Positions 58,181 to 64,000 of a DNA stretch of 64,000 bases are shown here, in pieces. Position 1 is the stretch's first letter; the number at the start of each line of letters is the position of its first letter. Made by a program: the position numbers and the translations under genes. Origin of the DNA: the human T2T-CHM13v2.0 reference genome, Homo sapiens; assembly GCF_009914755.1 (NCBI RefSeq), contig NC_060935.1; one strand, written 5' to 3'. The notes beneath the pieces were generated by a model that saw only the letters and a list, made by a program, of their open reading frames with translations, was not told the origin of the DNA and made no database searches.

Positions 58181-58900
58181 GTATGGGGCTCCGCACCTCC
58201 GTGCCCTCCGCACGCCGCCGCCGCGCCCCCGGGGACCTGGGGACCCCCCCGCGCGCCGCCCCGGGGGTGCTGCTGGACGCGGCGGGGAATTGGGGTGGAG
58301 TAGGGATCCCAGGACGGAAGCCCGGCAACCAAGTTCCACTCAAACTAGCACGCGGGGGCTGGGGGGCCGGGGACGGTCTCCACCCCGTGCCTGCCCGGAG
58401 TCCGCTGAGGGCCGGGGGCTGCGCCCAGGACAGGTGCAGAGCCGGTGGGCTCCCAGTGCTCCGGGTGGAGGAGTGGGGGCTTCTGGAGAACGGCGCGGGG
58501 TGGCAGGTGTGGTTACAAGGTTCGGGGTTTCGGCCAGGGCTGCGCCCGGAAAGGGGCTGCTCGCCACGCCACCCGGTAAGACAGTGAGGGACCAGGGACT
58601 GGGAGCGGCGATCGGGGCCGGGAGGGCTGTGGGGCCCGGCAGCTGCATGGAGGGCGGGCTGCCTTTGGGGTCCCTGGCAGCGGGGCGGGGCGGGGCGGAG
58701 GCGCCACTCGTTCCTCCAGGACCCCCCTTATTCCTTAGGTGTGTGCGGTTTGGGGAAGTGGAGACTCCATGGAGTGCTGGGTGGGTGGGAGGCTCGGGCA
58801 CGTCCAGATTTAGGGGGCAGTGGGAGCCAGTTGGGACGGTGCTCGGCTCGGGTGGGATCGCGCCGGCTCCGGGTCCTGCTGGAGTGAGGTGACTGGGCTC

Positions 58901-58914
58901 CCGCCAGGGGGCGC
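58901..58914 (+). promoter_or_regulatory. Consensus CTCF core motif
   Basis: CCGCCAGGGGGCGC matches CCRSYAGRKGGCRS and lies in the CpG island. Confidence 0.7.
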
Positions 58915-61165
58915 ACTGCCCCGGCCCTCGCCAGCAGGAAGCGCGTTCTGGCTCCTGCGAGGCAACCGCGCCGACATCCAGGACGCAGGGATCACAGACA
59001 CCCAACTTACGCGGGGTCCCGCCCCGAGGAGCCCGCCCTACACTAGCCAGACGGGGGAGCGGGACCAAGAGTGAGGCGAAAGGTTCACAGTTATAACTGC
59101 GCCGTGGGCTGGAAAGGCTAGGAGTCAGGATGTGATTTTTCTCGGGAAGGCTGGCAGGGCAAATGGATGAGTAAGAAATTTACCCCCAGAAAAAGACGTA
59201 AGAAACTACAACTGCGAATTGGTGCAGAGAGAGTGGGTTGGGGAATTAACTTTTTGACGGTTTTTGGAGTTGCAGAAACCCAAACCCCAAAATGCATGCA
59301 CCCTTTTTGTAAAAGTTGCACCTTTGTTTCCTGGATCTGGTCGAATCCCTGTCTGGTGAAGGCAGGATGGGGGTCTTGGGGTATCCTCTCTCTGGGCACA
59401 AGTAAACTGGGAGGCACAGGGCGGGCGGTGGGGGATGGGGCCTTAAAGACTTCAGCAGTCCAGGCAGAAGTGTTAAATTTCTCAGCAGTCAACGAGCCCT
59501 GGCCCCCACCCTCATCCCCTGGGTCTGTGGTCTCTAGGCCACATTCTTCTGGTCATTTCACAATTATTGGTGGAAATCTGCCCTGGGTCCCAGTTGTCTG
59601 GCCTCAGGGTCCCTGTATGTTGAGTCTGTGTGTCTGTGCCTTGGGAAGTCGACGGCTGCTGGCATCTGTGAGGACTGTCATCTTTGTCATGTGCGGGGCT
59701 AACATTGAAGGGACATTGGAGGGACTATTGCCTCATCTTTCTCTCCAGTTCCCTCCCTCCTCCCATCACCCCAAGTGAGTGCAAAGGAGCAAATCATAGA
59801 TTGTGCCGTGGCCTCATTGTGGTTGGTAGAAGTTTTCATCTTTCTCTTAGCTGGTAACCTGTGCTCCTTGGGCAGCCCCCCTCCTGCTCCCATGTCCTTA
59901 ATGTCCCTTACAAAGGTGGGGGAAATGGGGGTCCCTGAAAGAGATGAGGTTCCTCTGTTCAATGTAGTCTGCCACATGTTTTTGTTGGATGCTACTGAAA
60001 TGCTCCAGGACAAAGTTGCCATAAAGACAGATCAGCATGATTTTTATTTTGAATAGAAGAGGAGGAGGAGAGAGGAGAGAAAGGAAAGGGTGGAGAAGCC
60101 TGCTGTGTCTGGATAGGTCTTTAAGACATTCCAGGGGGCTGGAAAACAAAAGAAGTTTTTTTTTGTTGTGTTTTGCTTTTAGTGACTCTTGTTTTTCTGT
60201 GGAGGGAAGCCTGCATGGACCAGCCCTGCCTTGGAACCTGCCTGGGAGCATGGGGCCCCTAGAAGGCCAGCGTTTCCCGTGTTCTGTCCCTCCCCTCTTC
60301 TCCCTACCCCCACCCCACTTTTCCTGAATTGGAGAGGGAGTTGAAGGTCCCCAAGGGCTACTAAAGTCTGTGTTTGGGCTTAAAGTATCTTGTGTGGGCT
60401 CAGTCTTCTCCCAGGCAAACTCCAAGATCTCTGATTTAGCAACATTTCAAGTCTTGGGCACTCTGTTTCCTTGTCTCCCTTGTCCCCAAACCCATTCAAA
60501 CAGCCAGTATATGTGGTGCTTTTACCCAACCCCAGTCTGAAATGGTAGCACATCATTGAAAGCTCCAGGACACTTTCTAGAAGCCGAAGTTAGTTGGGTT
60601 TAGGATACCTTGGGGTTGGGTTTAGGACACCTTGGGCTGAGTCCAGGAAGGAACCCTCTGCCCTTTAAAAAATGAGATTTTAATGGTCTGAGGGGTGTGT
60701 TGGAGGGCAGGGTGCTGGGTAGGGACACAGGATTAATTCAAGGATGTGTGGGAGGGGGTGCCAGGAAGAGGGAAAATAGCAGATTTGAAATCTAGCTCTT
60801 CTGAGTCATCCGTGTGGCCTTGGGCAGGTTATTTCCCCTCTTGAGCCTGCTTCCTCCGTCTGTAAAATGAATATGTTGGCTGAGGAGATTCTGAGCTATC
60901 TTGCAACTTAGAGCAGGAGAGTCTAACCTTTTAGGGGGCTGGGCAGCCCTGCTCCATTCCTTCTGCCTTCCATTCAGTGGAAGGTGCCTCTCCGGGCTGG
61001 CTTGCCTCTCTCTGCCCGCCTGTACACAGCAAAATCCTGCGTTGAGTGAATGCAGCAGCTTCAGAAACCAGCTCCTGCCATCAGAGCTGAAGGACAAAGT
61101 GCCCAGCAGTTTTGGGTAGAGAGGGGAATGTCTGTAACCAGTCCCTGCTGGGAGCCCCATGTTAG

Positions 61166-61821
<656 letters not shown>

Positions 61822-62171
61822 TTTGAAACACTTTTTATAAAGAATGGGAGAGTAAGATGGTGAGCCTGTGTTTGCAGCTGGCAGGGCTGGTCTTTCATCT
61901 GGGTACTTGTTGTCTTAAGATTCAGCTCTTGCCCCTGGTCTGCACCCAAGACTGCTGGCTTAATTAGTGAATTCAACAACTTGGAGATGAGCAAAAACAT
62001 GTTCACTGGTGGTGGGCAAGTGTGTACAAAAGGCAACAGGATGCAGCAGAAAGGTAGCTGAACTAGGCATTAGGAGACTGGTGTTCCAGCCCTGATACTG
62101 TTACAGATGGAGCGATGTGGCCTTGTGTGAGTCACAGCCTCTCTCTGAGCCTCGGTTTCTCTATTTCTTTA

Positions 62172-62410
62172 GAGGCAGCAGTGCGTGGTGGTTAAACTGC
62201 CTGGATTTGCCTGTTAGCTTTATCATAACTTCATATCAATTGTGTGACCTTAGACCATTCAACCCCTGGTGCCTCCATTTCCTGATTTGTAAAATGGAAC
62301 TAGTAATACCCCATCAGATTGTTGTGGATAGTCTTTGAGATAAAACTAGTAAAACATTTAGCATAATGCCTGGCATATAGTAAGTGCTCAATAAGTGTTC
62401 ACTATCATCA
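62172..62410 (+). mobile_element. MIR
   Basis: tgtgtgacctt..gtaaaatgg..aaacatttagcataatgcctggcatatagtaagtgctcaataa. Confidence 0.8.
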
Positions 62411-62490
62411 TCATTGTCATGATTATCATTATTACTATTATTGTAAAATGGGAGGGATTAACTTTGGTCCTTTCTAGTTTTCTGGGGCCT

Positions 62491-62494
<4 letters not shown>

Positions 62495-62562
<68 letters not shown>
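62495..62562. repeat. Compound microsatellite (TG)21(AG)13
   Basis: Counted directly. Confidence 0.97.
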
Positions 62563-62566
<4 letters not shown>

Positions 62567-63739
62567 TCTGTCTTTGGGGTAGAAGGTAAGGGTGAATAAG
62601 TTGCTTTTTTGGTTCTTTTCTTCCTTTCTCTGCCTCATTGAGGGACTCCTGAATGTTGTGACTAGGCTCATGGTAGCCCCGTCCCCATGGCAAGAAGCCC
62701 AATTTGACGTCACTGACAATATCCTGGCTCCTGGCAGTTGAGGGATGATATTTCATCAGCTAGCATTTGCCTGTCCTTTCCCTTCCACCCTTTGTTTCCC
62801 ACCCTTCACCATGGTATGAAAACCATATGTGCAGATAATGTGTTTAAGCTGATCAGCCTCTCCCAGAGTCACCCAAATAAAAAGCCATCTTCCTAGAAGA
62901 CACTTTCGACTTTAAGATAAATAATCTGGTTCTTCTGTTGTGTTGCTTTATGTCTGGCTGGCCCTGAATCCCTTTTTGTGTTCTGCCCATGGTCTGCTCC
63001 AAGGACGTGGGCTGGGCCCGGTCCGTGGTCTAAAGCTTTGGACCTTATTGGCCATGCTGGCCGGGGCAGCCTCTTCCAGCGGCTTGGGAGGGGCCAGGCC
63101 AGGCTGGGCCTCTGCCTCATCTTGTTCCAGCAAGGCTGCTGCTCTGAGATATCCCAGAGATGATTATCATGGGGCAGACACTTGGGGAATGCTGCCGCCC
63201 GCCAGGTGCTTGACAATACTTCATCCTGTCTCCGCCTACAAGGATGGTTTGGATACTGCCCCCATTCTGTAGATTAGAGAGTGAAGGCTCAGGAAGAATT
63301 CAGAGTAAGTGGTGGGATTGAGATTTGATCCTCGGTTGATCTGATTCTCTTATCCTGTGTGCTAAACCACTGTGTTATATTTCCTCATGTATCAAAACCT
63401 CCTGTGAGCCGAAAAGCCCCAGGAATGATATCTCTTAGACTGAATCAAGCCCCCTCCTCCCCACCTTTGATAATCTCGCAGGCTCAGGGCACCTTATGAG
63501 ATTCCGTTTCTGTCCTGCATGGATTACTCAGGCATTTTGGGGACAGTGATGAGTAAGAGTTTTTTGGGACATGGCTGCTTATGGAGGGGTTAGAGCGGGG
63601 AATGATCTTATTAAGCAACAAAAGGTTGTAATGGAAAGAGGATGCATATTGGAGTCACAGATCTGAAATTTGAATCCCGATTCTGCAATTTACTGGCTGT
63701 GTGGCCTTGGCTTCCTTATCTGTGAAAATCAGAATAACA

Positions 63740-64000
63740 GCAACCACAGATGACTCTAAAATCTCAGTGGCTTAACAAAATGATTAACTCCTGATCACAT
63801 TACTTGTCTAATATGGGTCTCTGTTCCACACGGTCACTCAGGGACCCAGGCTCCAAAGATGATGACTCCACCATCTTTGTAACTGCCCCTTCTAAAGCAT
63901 GTGGCATCCGAAGTTACTGCAGATGGGGAAGAGGGAGAAGGGAAAGCCACACTAATACTCAACTGCTTTGGCCAGGAGGTGACACACATCACTTCACCTC
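63740..64000 (-). mobile_element. Old MLT1 (I/J-like) LTR fragment running off the window
   Basis: aaatctcagtggcttaacaa..gtcactcagggacccaggct..ctccaccatc..gtgacacacatcacttc. Confidence 0.7.

Larger units (their letters stand above)
57390..59110 (+). promoter_or_regulatory. CpG-island promoter of an unidentified + strand gene
   Basis: Abrupt rise in GC and CpG density over ~1.7 kb, many GGGCGG boxes, no TATA box seen, repeat-free, followed by + strand splice donors. Confidence 0.92.

Noticed and set aside
57378-59074. Long overlapping ORFs (232-348 aa) on both strands in the CpG island
   Set aside because: Stop-codon depletion from extreme GC content. The products are low-complexity P/G/R/A-rich, several use non-ATG starts, they occur in multiple frames and they run across the splice donor.

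Overview
Primate (human-like) genomic DNA. I can support no protein-coding exon and no prokaryotic-type system (no operon, CRISPR array, tRNA or rRNA). Positions 1 to about 57,300 are repeat-rich intergenic sequence: about 27 Alu/FLAM copies, old L1 (L1MC/MD-, L1PB- and HAL1-like), many MIR and L2 fragments, MaLR/ERVL LTRs (an internally deleted MST provirus, THE1 solo LTRs, MLT1 family, LTR33), DNA transposon fossils (MER2, Tigger3a, MER5, MADE1) and microsatellites, with a few repeat-free, motif-dense islands that may be enhancers. At about 57,400-59,100 there is a strong CpG-island promoter of a + strand gene whose first exon appears non-coding (no ATG; donor AAG|GTATGG at 58180/58181), followed by intron 1 to the window end. 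I cannot identify the gene from sequence alone. The best leads are in and near this promoter: a perfect 3x20-bp G-quadruplex/Sp1-MAZ tandem repeat, a C9orf72-type (GGCCCC)-like hexamer tract in the 5' leader, a consensus CTCF site, and two upstream exon-like segments with strong splice signals. Other leads are an MST provirus whose deletion fuses an LTR ATG to the internal ORF, a fossil template-switch hairpin in an Alu, an Alu-split MADE1 (miR-548-type) hairpin and a cryptic 15-bp minisatellite. Nearly all ORFs in the supplied track are repeat-derived or GC-bias artefacts. Repeat subfamily calls come from my recollection of consensus sequences, not from alignments, and old-repeat boundaries are approximate. 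I found no clear evidence of a novel biological system; the findings are testable hypotheses.
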